Assembly: GCA_900547555.1 (NCBI GenBank)
Contig: URHG01000007.1
Coordinates: 454-64,453 of the forward strand
Source of the DNA: an uncultured Porphyromonadaceae bacterium
GTDB lineage: Bacteria > Bacteroidota > Bacteroidia > Bacteroidales > UBA11471
DNA length: 64,000 nucleotides
Direction of reading: 5' to 3'
Shown here: positions 11,934 through 22,616 of the stretch, one piece after another
Position numbering within the stretch: position 1 is the first letter of the stretch
Layout of the letters: each line of letters opens with the position of its first letter
The notes under the pieces: generated by a model
What the model saw: only the letters and a program-made list of their open reading frames with translations
Told to the model about the DNA's origin: nothing
Databases searched by the model: none
Position numbers and translations under genes: made by a program

Positions 11934-12434
11934 ATGGCTACTGTAACTTTCAAAAGCACACCGGTACACACCGCCGGAGAATTACCCAAAGTCGGAACAA
12001 AAGCTCCGAAATTCGAATTGGTCAAAGGCGATCTTTCCACTCTCAAAAACGATGATTTAGCGGGCAAACGTGTTGTTCTGAATATCTTCCCGAGTCTCGA
12101 TACGAGTGTATGCGCCACCTCGGTACGCAAATTCAATCAACTGGCCGCAAAAATGGAAAATACGGTCGTACTGGCCGTATCGAAAGACCTGCCTTTTGCA
12201 CAAGGCCGCTTCTGTACGACCGAAGGTATCGACAATGTAATTCCCGTATCGGCTTTCCGTTCTGCGGAATTCGGTACAGGTTACGGTGTGGAACTTATCG
12301 ACGGCCCTCTCGCAGGACTTCTTTCCCGCGCCGTTGTCGTTCTCGACGAATCGGGTCAAATCATCTATGAAGAACTTGTTCCCGAAATTACTCATGAACC
12401 CGACTACGATGCAGCTGTCAAAGCATTGAAATAA
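11934..12434 (+). CDS. tpx: thiol peroxidase
   Basis: 166 aa. [12 protein letters not shown] carries the peroxidatic Cys context, with overall Tpx layout. Confidence 0.9.
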   Translation: MATVTFKSTPVHTAGELPKVGTKAPKFELVKGDLSTLKNDDLAGKRVVLNIFPSLDTSVCATSVRKFNQLAAKMENTVVLAVSKDLPFAQGRFCTTEGIDNVIPVSAFRSAEFGTGYGVELIDGPLAGLLSRAVVVLDESGQIIYEELVPEITHEPDYDAAVKALK

Positions 12435-12448
12435 ATAAATAAATAAAC

Positions 12449-12484
12449 AACCGGCCCGATAGAAACATTTCTATCGGGCCGGTT
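12449..12484. terminator. intrinsic terminator hairpin between convergent tpx and nitroreductase genes
   Basis: AACCGGCCCGATAGAAA / TTTCTATCGGGCCGGTT, a perfect 17-bp stem. Confidence 0.7.
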
Positions 12485-12501
12485 CCCTATCAGAGCAATC
12501 T

Positions 12502-13104
12502 TCAACGGAATATTTTCAATCGGTAATCCAGCGGAGAAACTTCTTTTTCTCCGGGTTCTTGCAACGGATTGCCAAACGGCATTTGCGCATTCAACAACCA
12601 CGTTTGCGGCAGCCCCCATTCTTTACGAACCGCCTCATCTACCAACGGATTATAATGTTGCAATGATGCCCCGAAACCTACATCTTCCAACATCGTCCAC
12701 ACTGCCAGTTGGTGCATAGCAGCGGTTTGTTGCGACCAAACGGGAAAACGCTCGGCATAAGTCGGAAAAGATTTCTGCATCTGCTCTATAACTTCCGAAT
12801 CCTCAAAAAACAAGACAGTCCCGCAACCGGCAGCAAAAGACTTATCGATTTTCTGCTCGGTTTTCCTAAAACTTTCCGGCGGAACGATCTCCCGCAACGT
12901 CTCTTTGGTTATATTCCAAAAACGACGATGAGCATCGTCTATCAACAACACCAAACGGGTAGACTGGGTATTGAATGCCGAAGGAACATAAGTCAAGGCA
13001 TCATCAAGTATTTTTTTTACAACATCGTGCGACACAGGCGATTCATTTCCTATCGCATAATAACTCCGTCGATGTCGTAAGGCTTCTTCAAAATTTCGTT
13101 TCAT
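12502..13104 (-). CDS. nitroreductase family protein
   Basis: N-terminal RRSYY motif and a 200-aa nitroreductase-fold pattern. Confidence 0.8.
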   Translation of the reverse strand: MKRNFEEALRHRRSYYAIGNESPVSHDVVKKILDDALTYVPSAFNTQSTRLVLLIDDAHRRFWNITKETLREIVPPESFRKTEQKIDKSFAAGCGTVLFFEDSEVIEQMQKSFPTYAERFPVWSQQTAAMHQLAVWTMLEDVGFGASLQHYNPLVDEAVRKEWGLPQTWLLNAQMPFGNPLQEPGEKEVSPLDYRLKIFR

Positions 13105-13424
13105 AATAATTATTCTTATATCGTTTTATATAAACAAATAACCCTCTTCGTTGTTTCGATTATTCTCCATAAAGAAACAGATTTTATTTCAAAAAGCAAT
13201 TATCAACCACCATTTTTTTCAAAATAGTTTTTCCAATTCCGTACCATAAAAATTATGAAATCCCTATTTTACAGTCCATTAGTTCTTTCTTCAAGAATAT
13301 TTCCCATTTGATATACAACCAAAAATGCTCTTTCCCTGTTTATAATATAATAGTTCCTACAATAAAGGCGGAACTATCGGACAGATACTCATCTTACTGT
13401 CCCACTAAAAGAAAGAAAACAAAC

Positions 13425-14303
13425 ATGAAAAAAAGAAACGTAGAACTGGTAGCACTTCCGCCGGAAGCCCACTGGGTAGGAAACGGTTTCAGGGTACACA
13501 ACTTTATTCCGGGCGGTTATCATCTGGAAATGGAACGCATGACACCTTTTATCTTACTGGACTATAATTCCAAATATTATTTTCCGCCCTCCGAAACACC
13601 GCAAGGAGTAGGTGTCCATCCGCACCGAGGTTTCGAAACGGTAACCATCGCTTACAAAGGAAAAGTCGAACATCATGACAGTCACGGAGGTGGAGGTATC
13701 ATAGGAGAAGGCGATGTGCAATGGATGACGGCTGCCTCGGGTGTATTGCACAAAGAATATCACGAGAAAGCGTGGAGCCGTAAGGGCGGTGATTTCCACG
13801 TAGTGCAACTCTGGGTAAACCTGCCGGCCAAAGACAAAATGTCCAAACCGAAATATCAAGCCATTACAAACGACATGATGGGAAAATTTCCCCTCCCGGA
13901 AGGAAAAGGAGAAATAGATGTCATTGCCGGCGAATACCACGGAGTAAAAGGGCCTGCATTCACCTTTACACCCATACATCTGCTGAATGCCAAATTGAAA
14001 AACGGAGCGGAAATAGATTTTGCATTTCCCGAAAACTATAATACCGGAATGCTCATTATCGAAGGGAAAATACGTGTAAACGGCGACACCGATGTTCCTA
14101 CCGACAATTTTGTATTGATGGCCAATGACGGAGAAAAATTTTCGGTAAAAGCGACAGAAGATGCTATTGTATTGGTATTAAGCGGTGAGCCAATTGATGA
14201 ACCGATAGCCGCACACGGACCGTTTGTAATGAATACCCGCCAAGAAATATTACAAGCTTTCGACGATTTCAATAAAGGAAAATTCGGACATTTGGAAGAG
14301 TAA
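13425..14303 (+). CDS. pirin family protein
   Basis: HPHRGFETVT metal-binding motif. I prefer the ATG at 13425 (MKKRNVELV) over the TTG at 13308 given in the ORF track. Confidence 0.85.
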   Translation: MKKRNVELVALPPEAHWVGNGFRVHNFIPGGYHLEMERMTPFILLDYNSKYYFPPSETPQGVGVHPHRGFETVTIAYKGKVEHHDSHGGGGIIGEGDVQWMTAASGVLHKEYHEKAWSRKGGDFHVVQLWVNLPAKDKMSKPKYQAITNDMMGKFPLPEGKGEIDVIAGEYHGVKGPAFTFTPIHLLNAKLKNGAEIDFAFPENYNTGMLIIEGKIRVNGDTDVPTDNFVLMANDGEKFSVKATEDAIVLVLSGEPIDEPIAAHGPFVMNTRQEILQAFDDFNKGKFGHLEE

Positions 14304-14334
14304 CCATCTGCAATCCCAAACTATTTCGATGAAC

Positions 14335-14369
14335 AATAAGGGCGAAACTCTTTGTGTTCCGCCCTTATT
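14335..14369. terminator. hairpin between convergent genes
   Basis: AATAAGGGCG ... CGCCCTTATT 10-bp stem. Confidence 0.5.
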
Positions 14370-14405
14370 CATTTGATACCTTTCTGGGTGTAGTATTCTA
14401 ACCGA

Positions 14406-15329
14406 TCAGAAATAAAACATCAGATAAAGTTTTCCTCCCAAATTTTCTGTACCGAAAGAAAAACCTTTATTCCCGGGAGAAATAAGATCGGTACGGGTCT
14501 CCACCTGATTGTTCAATGTATTGAACCCCTCGATCTTACGGTATGATTCAGGACTCCAATGCCAAATAGCATTGATACTAACCTCCCCTCCCAACGAAAA
14601 ATGCGACGCCAAAAAGACCTCGACTCCGATATGGGCTCCAAAACCCAAATATTGGGTCGAACCGGAATTATAAGAATCAAGCAGATATGCTCTTGTCCAA
14701 TACGAAGGAGGAGCCGGAGTTGTTACTGCAATCTCATTTCCGGAAATACGGGTCGGTGTTTGGTTTATTTCGGTAATGGCATTGCCGTAAGACACATGGC
14801 GATTACTTTCTCCGAAAGCATAAATAAGGTTACCGCCCACAAAGCCTTGTATACGCCGATATCCGCGCCGATACTCCACACCGGCCGAGAACGCGGCTCC
14901 GGTATTATTTGTTACATTCTCATCGGTAACTTTGGCCTCGGAAAGCGGATTGGCCATACGAGCCGCATCATCGATATTATAAGTACGTTCATTCTCATGC
15001 CTATAAAGAATACCTACATTCATGCGTGCAGCCAGATTATCGGTAATCATGTATTTTCCCATTATCGAAACGGTCGGATTGTTTATGGCGTTCTCATGGG
15101 GAGCTATAACAGGTTCCCCCCCGAAAGAGTTATAACTGTTATCGGTATTCCCATTAAATAAATTACCCATATATTTAAACATCGGGACGACATCGATACC
15201 GAGCCCTATGTCTCCGGCCTTAGGTAATTCTACCGTCCTTCTTTTCTTAGCAGGCTTTTCTTCTTGTGCCGACAATCCCTCTCCCATAACGGTAAACAGC
15301 AGCATAAAAGCCATTATTTTATATTTCAT
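14406..15329 (-). CDS. outer-membrane beta-barrel protein, function unknown
   Basis: Signal peptide MKYKIMAFMLLFTVMGEGLSAQ, alternating beta-strand pattern, C-terminal LYLMFYF. Confidence 0.5.
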   Translation of the reverse strand: MKYKIMAFMLLFTVMGEGLSAQEEKPAKKRRTVELPKAGDIGLGIDVVPMFKYMGNLFNGNTDNSYNSFGGEPVIAPHENAINNPTVSIMGKYMITDNLAARMNVGILYRHENERTYNIDDAARMANPLSEAKVTDENVTNNTGAAFSAGVEYRRGYRRIQGFVGGNLIYAFGESNRHVSYGNAITEINQTPTRISGNEIAVTTPAPPSYWTRAYLLDSYNSGSTQYLGFGAHIGVEVFLASHFSLGGEVSINAIWHWSPESYRKIEGFNTLNNQVETRTDLISPGNKGFSFGTENLGGKLYLMFYF

Positions 15330-15350
15330 AACTCAATTTTTATCGGATTA

Positions 15351-17780
15351 TTACTCGTCAATATTCTTATCCCACAGATAATTACCCCAACCATCGGGCT
15401 CAATTTCCGGCACAAACTCCATTTTGGCACACGGAGCAATTATATTTATTGACGACACATCGGGAGAAAAATATCGGTTACTGATATTTTTAGAAGACTT
15501 ATACTTACCTGTAATAACAGTCTGTATATCGCTTGTTATATCGGAATAATGTACAAACGATACATTTTTGGGATCGTCGGTAGGTTGTACAGAAATTCTA
15601 TAATTGGGGACTATTTCTGCAACCTGAACATGGAATATAAATTGCCCGTTGCTCGATGTTACAACATCATAAGTCCGACCATCTACCACCACGCTTACCA
15701 TGCGATTGGGGTCATTTTCCCACTTGGGAGCCCATACCATACCGACCTTTTTCTCCACAGCCCGTTTTACATATCCACCGACTGTCAATGTTTCGGTACA
15801 TCTACCTGCCACACGTAAACTGTCATTTATCCAACCGGCAAGATTACGAGACCAATTTGAAACACTTTCTTCATCAGAAACCGATTTAACAGTATAATAA
15901 TCGGCTCCTCTGTTGTTCCAACGACTGATACCTTCTACATAAGAAGTAAAAGCCGGTCCGTCTCCGTAAGATACCTCTATCTCTTCTGTCGAAGTGCTGC
16001 CCGGCTTACGATAATGAGTTAGATTTGACAAAGGCTCTTTTTCTCCATTCCTTGGAATAGCAAATGCGGGTCTGACAACCAAGCTGCTTGGCTCCTCATC
16101 GGCATAACGCATACGCACATCGATACTGTATGCACCATTAGCATCTGTTGCTCCGACAAAAGAAGTCGCCTTGCCACTCTCAGTAATCGTTATCATTACC
16201 GGCTCATAAGCAGCTCCTTGATATGTACCGTTACGGAATCCTGTCTCAACAGCTTTATAAATAGTTCCCGTAATTGTATTTTTCTGGGTAAGATTTTCAT
16301 CGACAACCCAACCGGCTAAATCTTCAAACCAATCGGTATTATCGGTCAGGGTAAATTTATTATAAACAGTACCCAGTTCGTTCCAAGAAACACCTCCCGT
16401 ACTTGCTCTTTCCTCATATTTACCTGCCCGGGCTTCGGTTTTGCCATTACTTAAATAATGAGTGATATTCTTTTTAAGAGTTCCGATAGTTATTTTCGGA
16501 TTTTCACCATTTTTTACCGGCAATTCAAACGAGAAATTACCCTCGGCATCGGTATTCACATATACAGCCTTCAACCCCGATGAATACTGCACATTCAAAT
16601 AGGCCTCTTGATAAGGATTGGAATAAGTTCCTTCACAAAAACCGGTTTCCACGGCAAACAGACATTTTCCTGTTACCGTTACTTTTTGCGGGTAGTCGGC
16701 ATCGGTATGCAGCCAGCCTGCCAAAGTCGCTCCATCTTCGGGCCAAGTAGCCGGTTTAGTTGTAGGATTGAAGCCGTCGTTATACTCGGGATTGAACATC
16801 ATGTACATATTTTGCATCGTATATTCCTGCTCAGCAAAATTTTTCAAGGGACCCTTGCTTATATTTTCCTCTATTTCATATTTACCTGTCAATTGCACAG
16901 ATTTTCCGGAAGCAGTAAAATGCTCATACGATGAAACTACCTCCCGAGGCGTTATTTCCAACTTTTCAAAACCCTCTTCATAAGAACGCAATGGTAAAGC
17001 TATAACATAATTTCCTTGTTCATCGGTCGTCGCACCAAATGTAATATCCTCCGTTATATCTTCATCTTTATATGTAACTTTGAAGTCGATCGCCATATTA
17101 GCTGCCGGCATATAAGCCCCCTGACGGTATCCCGATTCGTATGCCTGTTGTACATTACCTTTCAATGTAATGCGCTCATCGAAACCATCGAAACCCGACA
17201 CTTCATTTCCCGTAAGACTTTCATCCAGGATCTCGACGGTTCCGGGCTTCAATGTCAGGTTATTTGAACTATATGTATATTCATATAATGTGGTCTTAAA
17301 TACGGGAGTAGCACCGTCCATCTTCACATATTCCGATTTAAGCGCTCTGAAATCCTGAATACGTACCGTTGCATTAATCCCTTCCGATTTCGTCGGGACT
17401 TCAAATGCCCAATGTCCTTCGGCATCAGTTACAGTTTCATATACCTTATTCCCCTTATTTTTTTCTGCATCAGGCGTGCTAGCATTACCACTGGTATTCC
17501 CCGGTGCACTTATTACAGATACAGAACTTCCATCGCTTCCCAAATATTCGCTGTAAGGGATTTCGAGATATACTTTCTGTCCCGCAACAGGTGCATATTT
17601 ATTTACCGTATAATCGGTACCGGAGATATCGACTCCGGCATCGTAAACAAATGTTCCCGAAACAACAGCTTTTTCGGTAATAGAATCGAGACTTAACTCC
17701 GACTGCTCGGGATCACAGCCCGACAATGCCAACAAACCCGTCGTGGCAATCAATGAGCATAATAGATGGTTGATTTTCAT
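15351..17780 (-). CDS. surface lipoprotein with repeated CarboxypepD_reg/Ig-like beta-sandwich modules
   Basis: Lipobox LALSGC. An internal repeat LAGW(x)...T(V/I)TG..(x)AVETGF..GTY occurs three times. Confidence 0.5.
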   Translation of the reverse strand: MKINHLLCSLIATTGLLALSGCDPEQSELSLDSITEKAVVSGTFVYDAGVDISGTDYTVNKYAPVAGQKVYLEIPYSEYLGSDGSSVSVISAPGNTSGNASTPDAEKNKGNKVYETVTDAEGHWAFEVPTKSEGINATVRIQDFRALKSEYVKMDGATPVFKTTLYEYTYSSNNLTLKPGTVEILDESLTGNEVSGFDGFDERITLKGNVQQAYESGYRQGAYMPAANMAIDFKVTYKDEDITEDITFGATTDEQGNYVIALPLRSYEEGFEKLEITPREVVSSYEHFTASGKSVQLTGKYEIEENISKGPLKNFAEQEYTMQNMYMMFNPEYNDGFNPTTKPATWPEDGATLAGWLHTDADYPQKVTVTGKCLFAVETGFCEGTYSNPYQEAYLNVQYSSGLKAVYVNTDAEGNFSFELPVKNGENPKITIGTLKKNITHYLSNGKTEARAGKYEERASTGGVSWNELGTVYNKFTLTDNTDWFEDLAGWVVDENLTQKNTITGTIYKAVETGFRNGTYQGAAYEPVMITITESGKATSFVGATDANGAYSIDVRMRYADEEPSSLVVRPAFAIPRNGEKEPLSNLTHYRKPGSTSTEEIEVSYGDGPAFTSYVEGISRWNNRGADYYTVKSVSDEESVSNWSRNLAGWINDSLRVAGRCTETLTVGGYVKRAVEKKVGMVWAPKWENDPNRMVSVVVDGRTYDVVTSSNGQFIFHVQVAEIVPNYRISVQPTDDPKNVSFVHYSDITSDIQTVITGKYKSSKNISNRYFSPDVSSINIIAPCAKMEFVPEIEPDGWGNYLWDKNIDE

Positions 17781-17886
17781 AAAAAAACTATTAAATAAAT
17801 TTTAGGTCAAATATTTCCAATCCTAACCTCGCAAATGTAAATATATTGAAATAAAAAACCAAAATGTTATATATTTATTTTAAGGT

Positions 17887-17933
17887 TATAGATAGGAAAA
17901 GGACGGGAAATTCCCGTCCTTTTCCTATCTATA
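17887..17933. terminator. long perfect palindrome / terminator after the OPT gene
   Basis: TATAGATAGGAAAAGGACGGG AAATT CCCGTCCTTTTCCTATCTATA, checked base by base. Confidence 0.7.
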
Positions 17934-17946
17934 ATATAACTTTCAA

Positions 17947-19926
17947 TCATTCTTTTTTCGCCTTCAAACTGGTTCTTGCCAAATAAATGATAAGCGACAA
18001 ATAAAGAAGCAGTCCAAGCGACTGGGATACGGTCTCGTTCGTGGTATAGGAATATTCGAATCCGGCAAACCGGATAGCAGCACTCACAACACCCATCAAT
18101 GCTCCCCCCGCAATAAATCCCGAGGCCAGCAACGTACCTTTTTCGAGACGCGCCTTATTGAGAGCCTTATCGGTAGAACGGGTCGATACATACCAACTGA
18201 TAAGCCCGCCGATGACCAACGGAGTATTCAACTCCAAAGGAATGAACATACCCAAAGCAAATGCCAAAGCCGGAACTTTCAGGAAGGTCAGCACCAACGC
18301 AATCAAAGCCCCCACGCCATAAAGCAACCACGGTGCTCCTTGCCCCGACATAAGGGGCTGTATAACTGCCGCCATAGCATTGGCTTGCGGGGCAGCCAAC
18401 GCATTTTCGCCTGTAAAGCCGTAAGTCTTATTCAAAATGATCATGACACCCCCCACTGTCGCTGCCGCAACCAATGTTCCGACAAACTTCCATGTTTCCT
18501 GCTTGGCCGGCGTCGTACCCAGCCAATACCCGATTTTCAGGTCGGTAACCAGACCTCCGGCAATCGACAACGCTGTACACACGACACCGCCTATAATCAA
18601 CGCCGCAACCATACCTTCTTTACCAGACAGACCAGAAGCCACCAAAATAACCGACGCCAAAATCAACGTCATCAGTGTCATACCCGAAACAGGATTGGTT
18701 CCCACTATCGCAATCGCATTGGCTGCAACCGTCGTAAACAGAAAAGCGATAACCGACACTACAACAAACGCAATAAGGGCCTGCATGAAGTTATGAATGA
18801 CACCGAAATAGAAAAAGAGGAATATGGCGATAAGCGTTACCACGATAGAGAAGAAAAGTATTTTCATACTGATGTCCCTCTGTGTACGCTTTACCCCCGA
18901 CCGTACAGCCGAGGTTTTCCCTTTCAATTCTTTCGATGCCAAGCCTACGGCACTGCGTATCACTCCCCACGAACGGACAATACCTATAATACCGGCCATC
19001 GCAATACCACCGATACCTATATATCGGGCATAGGTCGTAAATATTTGCTCGGGGCTCATTTGGGAAACCGTCAAAGCCGTATCGCCACTATTAAGTTGTA
19101 ATACCGTATCCCCCCAAAAAAGATCGAAACCCGGTATAATCAAAAACCAAACAAAAATAGAACCGGCACAAATGATAAGACTATATTTCAATCCTACGAT
19201 ATAACCGAGTCCCAAAACCGCTGCTCCGGTATTGACCTTGAAAACGAGTTTCGCCTTTTCGGCCACCATATCTCCCAAAGGCAATATACGAGTCGTCAAT
19301 ACTTCACTCCACCAGCCGAATGTCGACAACAAAAAATCATAAATTCCACCCACAAGGCCGGCAAAAATAAGCGGACGCGCCTGACTTCCTCCTTTGTGCC
19401 CCGATACGAGAATCTGCGTCGTCGCAGTCGCTTCGGGGAAAGGATACTTACCGTGCATATCCGAAACAAAATATTTGCGGAAAGGAATCAAAAACAATAT
19501 GCCCAAAACACCTCCGAGCAACGAACTTAAAAATACTTGTAAAAAACCGGCCGACAAACCGGGAATAATATACAATGCCGGTAACGTGAATATCACACCC
19601 GCAACGACCGTTCCCGAACAGGCCCCGATAGATTGTATAATCACATTTTCACCCAATGCATTTTTCCGCTTGAACCCAGTAGAAAGTCCTACCGCTATAA
19701 TGGCGATAGGTATGGCCGCTTCGAATACCTGACCGACTTTCAATCCCAAATAAGCCGCAGCAGCAGAAAAAAGTACGGCCATGACGATACCCCATGAAAC
19801 CGACCACGGAGTAACCTCCCGATACTCCTTCCCGGGCGACATTATGGGGTTATACTCCTCACCTTCCTCCAACTCGCGAAAAGCATTTTCCGGCAAATCT
19901 ACCGGCTCTTTCTCGTTTTCTTTCAT
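17947..19926 (-). CDS. OPT family oligopeptide transporter
   Basis: 659 aa polytopic membrane protein. N-terminal E-rich cytoplasmic tail then EVTPWSV...; pattern typical of the OPT/YgjT type. Confidence 0.8.
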   Translation of the reverse strand: MKENEKEPVDLPENAFRELEEGEEYNPIMSPGKEYREVTPWSVSWGIVMAVLFSAAAAYLGLKVGQVFEAAIPIAIIAVGLSTGFKRKNALGENVIIQSIGACSGTVVAGVIFTLPALYIIPGLSAGFLQVFLSSLLGGVLGILFLIPFRKYFVSDMHGKYPFPEATATTQILVSGHKGGSQARPLIFAGLVGGIYDFLLSTFGWWSEVLTTRILPLGDMVAEKAKLVFKVNTGAAVLGLGYIVGLKYSLIICAGSIFVWFLIIPGFDLFWGDTVLQLNSGDTALTVSQMSPEQIFTTYARYIGIGGIAMAGIIGIVRSWGVIRSAVGLASKELKGKTSAVRSGVKRTQRDISMKILFFSIVVTLIAIFLFFYFGVIHNFMQALIAFVVVSVIAFLFTTVAANAIAIVGTNPVSGMTLMTLILASVILVASGLSGKEGMVAALIIGGVVCTALSIAGGLVTDLKIGYWLGTTPAKQETWKFVGTLVAAATVGGVMIILNKTYGFTGENALAAPQANAMAAVIQPLMSGQGAPWLLYGVGALIALVLTFLKVPALAFALGMFIPLELNTPLVIGGLISWYVSTRSTDKALNKARLEKGTLLASGFIAGGALMGVVSAAIRFAGFEYSYTTNETVSQSLGLLLYLSLIIYLARTSLKAKKE

Positions 19927-20062
19927 CGTATTATTTCAAATTTTTCTATTAAAATCCTAAAATAGTGCGCAAGATAGCCATTTTTATAGAAATCTACCGC
20001 ATAAAGCCGGGAATATCAAAAAAAATATATACATTCGTAGAGAGAAATAAGCCTTTTTTAGC

Positions 20063-20728
20063 ATGAAAGAAATTTTACATTTTTTGAGAGAATTGCGTAT
20101 GCATAATAATCGGGAATGGTTCAATGCACACAAAAACGAATACACCCAATTACGCAAGACTTTTGAAACATACGTCAACCAACTCATTGCCTTAATCGGC
20201 GAAAAAGACGAGGAACTGCACGGTCTTGAAGCATCGGCCTGCCTTTACCGGATATATCGTGATATCCGTTTTTCTCCCGATAAGACTCCTTATAAAACCC
20301 ATTTTGCCGCATATATGGCCCGGGGCGGGAAAAACAGTCCGCGTGCCGGATACTACTTACATATCGAACCCGACAACTGTCTCCTTTGCGGAGGAATTTG
20401 GTGTCCCGACCCACCGTTGTTGAAAGCGCTTCGCCAATCGATATACGACAACTGCGACGAATTCAGAGAAATATTGGAAGAACCGGCATTTAAAAAACTT
20501 TATCACGGACTCGATAACGAACGGGCGCTGAAAGTCATGCCGCGCCCCTTTCCCAAAGATTTTCCTTATCCCGAACTGCTCAAACAACGGGATTATCTGA
20601 CATACGCTTCTAAAAAGGAATCTTTTTTTGAAAACGATGACTGGTTGTACCAAACGGCCGAAGAATTATCGATCCTATACCCGTTCAACCGATTTCTGAA
20701 CTATACCTGCGATGAAATGAACGAATAA
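20063..20728 (+). CDS. DUF2461 (TIGR02453) family protein
   Basis: NNREWFNAHK and YRIYRDIRFSPDKTPYKTH signatures. Confidence 0.75.
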   Translation: MKEILHFLRELRMHNNREWFNAHKNEYTQLRKTFETYVNQLIALIGEKDEELHGLEASACLYRIYRDIRFSPDKTPYKTHFAAYMARGGKNSPRAGYYLHIEPDNCLLCGGIWCPDPPLLKALRQSIYDNCDEFREILEEPAFKKLYHGLDNERALKVMPRPFPKDFPYPELLKQRDYLTYASKKESFFENDDWLYQTAEELSILYPFNRFLNYTCDEMNE

Positions 20729-20833
20729 TACCCATTTATACCTATTTCTACACTTATATGAAACAATTTTGCACTTTTAGGATGTAATTTATGTCTATCT
20801 TTGGAAACATTTTTAACCCATAACCCACAAATC

Positions 20834-22375
20834 ATGAAAAAACTTTTTCTGTTTGCTCTATGCCTCACCCTTACACATCTCTCCTGGGCAAAAACGTATG
20901 ACATAAAAAAACTGGGAGCCGATGCAACAGGTAAAAAGGCGTGTACGGAATTAATAAACAAAACCATTGACAAAGCTGCCCAAGAAGGGGGAGGTACGAT
21001 TTATTTTCCGGCCGGAACTTATCTTACCGCCACCATCGAAATGAAAAGCAATATCACGTTACATATCGAATCGGGTGCGACCATACGTTTCTCCGATAAC
21101 TTCGAGGATTATCTTCCTTTCGTAAAAATTCGATGGGAAGGCACTGTCATGAATACACTCTCTCCGCTTATTTACGCTCACGATGCCGATAACCTGACCA
21201 TCACCGGTCGCGGAACACTCGACGGGAACGGCTTTAAATGGTGGGCTTGGGAAGGTGAAACCAAGAAGATCATAAAAGATAACGGCGGGAGACTCCCCGA
21301 CAACAAAAAAAGCAAATTGCAACGTATGTGGGAAGATGCCAACGTAGGACTGGAAGTTTCGGATTATTACAAAGGGTCGCTGGAACGCCGTATGTTCCGC
21401 CCTCCTTTCATTCAATTTTTCGAGTGTAGCAATATTCTCATCGAAAACGTAAAAATCATCAACTCTCCATTTTGGACCGTCAATCCTGCATTTTGCGATA
21501 ATGTCGTAGTTCACGGTGTTACCATTAAAAACCCTGATAAAAATCCCAAAGGCCCCAACACCGACGGCATCAACCCCACCTCCTGCCGTAATGTACGCAT
21601 CTCCGATTGCTTTATCAGTGTAGGAGACGATTGCATCACCATCAAATCGGGTCGAGATGCCGACGGACGTAAATACGGGAAAGCCTGCGAAAACATCACG
21701 ATTACCAACTGTGTCATGCTCTCAGGGCACGGCGGTGTAGTCATAGGAAGCGAAATGTCCGGAGGGGTAAAACGTGTTACCATTTCTAACTGCGTCTTCG
21801 ACGGTACCGATGCCGGTATCAGACTGAAAGCATCTCGCGGCCGCGGCGGTGTGGTAGAGCAAATCCGTGTCGATAACATTGTCATGCGGAATATCCAACG
21901 TAATGCTTTCATCTTTGACCTTTTCTACGACAAAACATCAAAAGTCGAGCCTGTCAGCGAACGTACACCCATTTTCAGAAACATACATCTGAGCAACATT
22001 ACCGGACGAGAAATCAAACAAATCGGCTACATCAGCGGTATCGAAGAAATGCCGGTACAAAATCTTTCGTTCAACAATCTCAACATGGAAGCCGAGAAAG
22101 GATTCATTGTCAATACGGCCAAAGATATTTACTTTAATAATGTGGAATTTTCGGCAACGAAAGGTTCGCCATGGGTATTTGAAGACAGTGAAAAAATCAT
22201 TCTCAACAATGTACGTACGAAATATCCGACCGAAGGGACTCCGGTCATCACATTCGACCATGTAACCGACGCATATATCAACAACTGTGTACAGATAGAA
22301 CCGGTAAGTATTTTTTATCGGGAAACAGACAGCCAAGTAAAAGACGGAGGAAATAACCAAATCTCCATAAAATAG
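20834..22375 (+). CDS. glycoside hydrolase family 28 (polygalacturonase-like)
   Basis: GH28 motifs NTDGINP, GDDCITIKSG, GHGGVVIGSE, IRLKASRGRGG. The ATG at 20834 gives signal peptide MKKLFLFALCL; the ORF-track start at 20801 is TTG. Confidence 0.85.
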   Translation: MKKLFLFALCLTLTHLSWAKTYDIKKLGADATGKKACTELINKTIDKAAQEGGGTIYFPAGTYLTATIEMKSNITLHIESGATIRFSDNFEDYLPFVKIRWEGTVMNTLSPLIYAHDADNLTITGRGTLDGNGFKWWAWEGETKKIIKDNGGRLPDNKKSKLQRMWEDANVGLEVSDYYKGSLERRMFRPPFIQFFECSNILIENVKIINSPFWTVNPAFCDNVVVHGVTIKNPDKNPKGPNTDGINPTSCRNVRISDCFISVGDDCITIKSGRDADGRKYGKACENITITNCVMLSGHGGVVIGSEMSGGVKRVTISNCVFDGTDAGIRLKASRGRGGVVEQIRVDNIVMRNIQRNAFIFDLFYDKTSKVEPVSERTPIFRNIHLSNITGREIKQIGYISGIEEMPVQNLSFNNLNMEAEKGFIVNTAKDIYFNNVEFSATKGSPWVFEDSEKIILNNVRTKYPTEGTPVITFDHVTDAYINNCVQIEPVSIFYRETDSQVKDGGNNQISIK

Positions 22376-22616
22376 CCCCATACCCCAGACAAAGCTCTAA
22401 GCCCCTCTCAAAAAAGAGGGGCTTTTGATTTATCAATCTCCCCCTTTTCAAAGATATACTCCTCGACCTTATTTTATCCCAAATTTCACCAAAATGAAAA
22501 ACTCCTTTTTCGTTTTGAAAAAATCTCATTTATAAATAGGAAGAAATAAAAACCTAATAATAAGGCACTTATAAAAACGTAAATTTTTGGTATTCAATTT
22601 GCTTTTTTCAAAATGT

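Noticed and set aside
12431-12446. AAATAAATAAATAAA micro-repeat after tpx
   Set aside because: A trivial A/T-rich tract overlapping the stop codon and the terminator flank.
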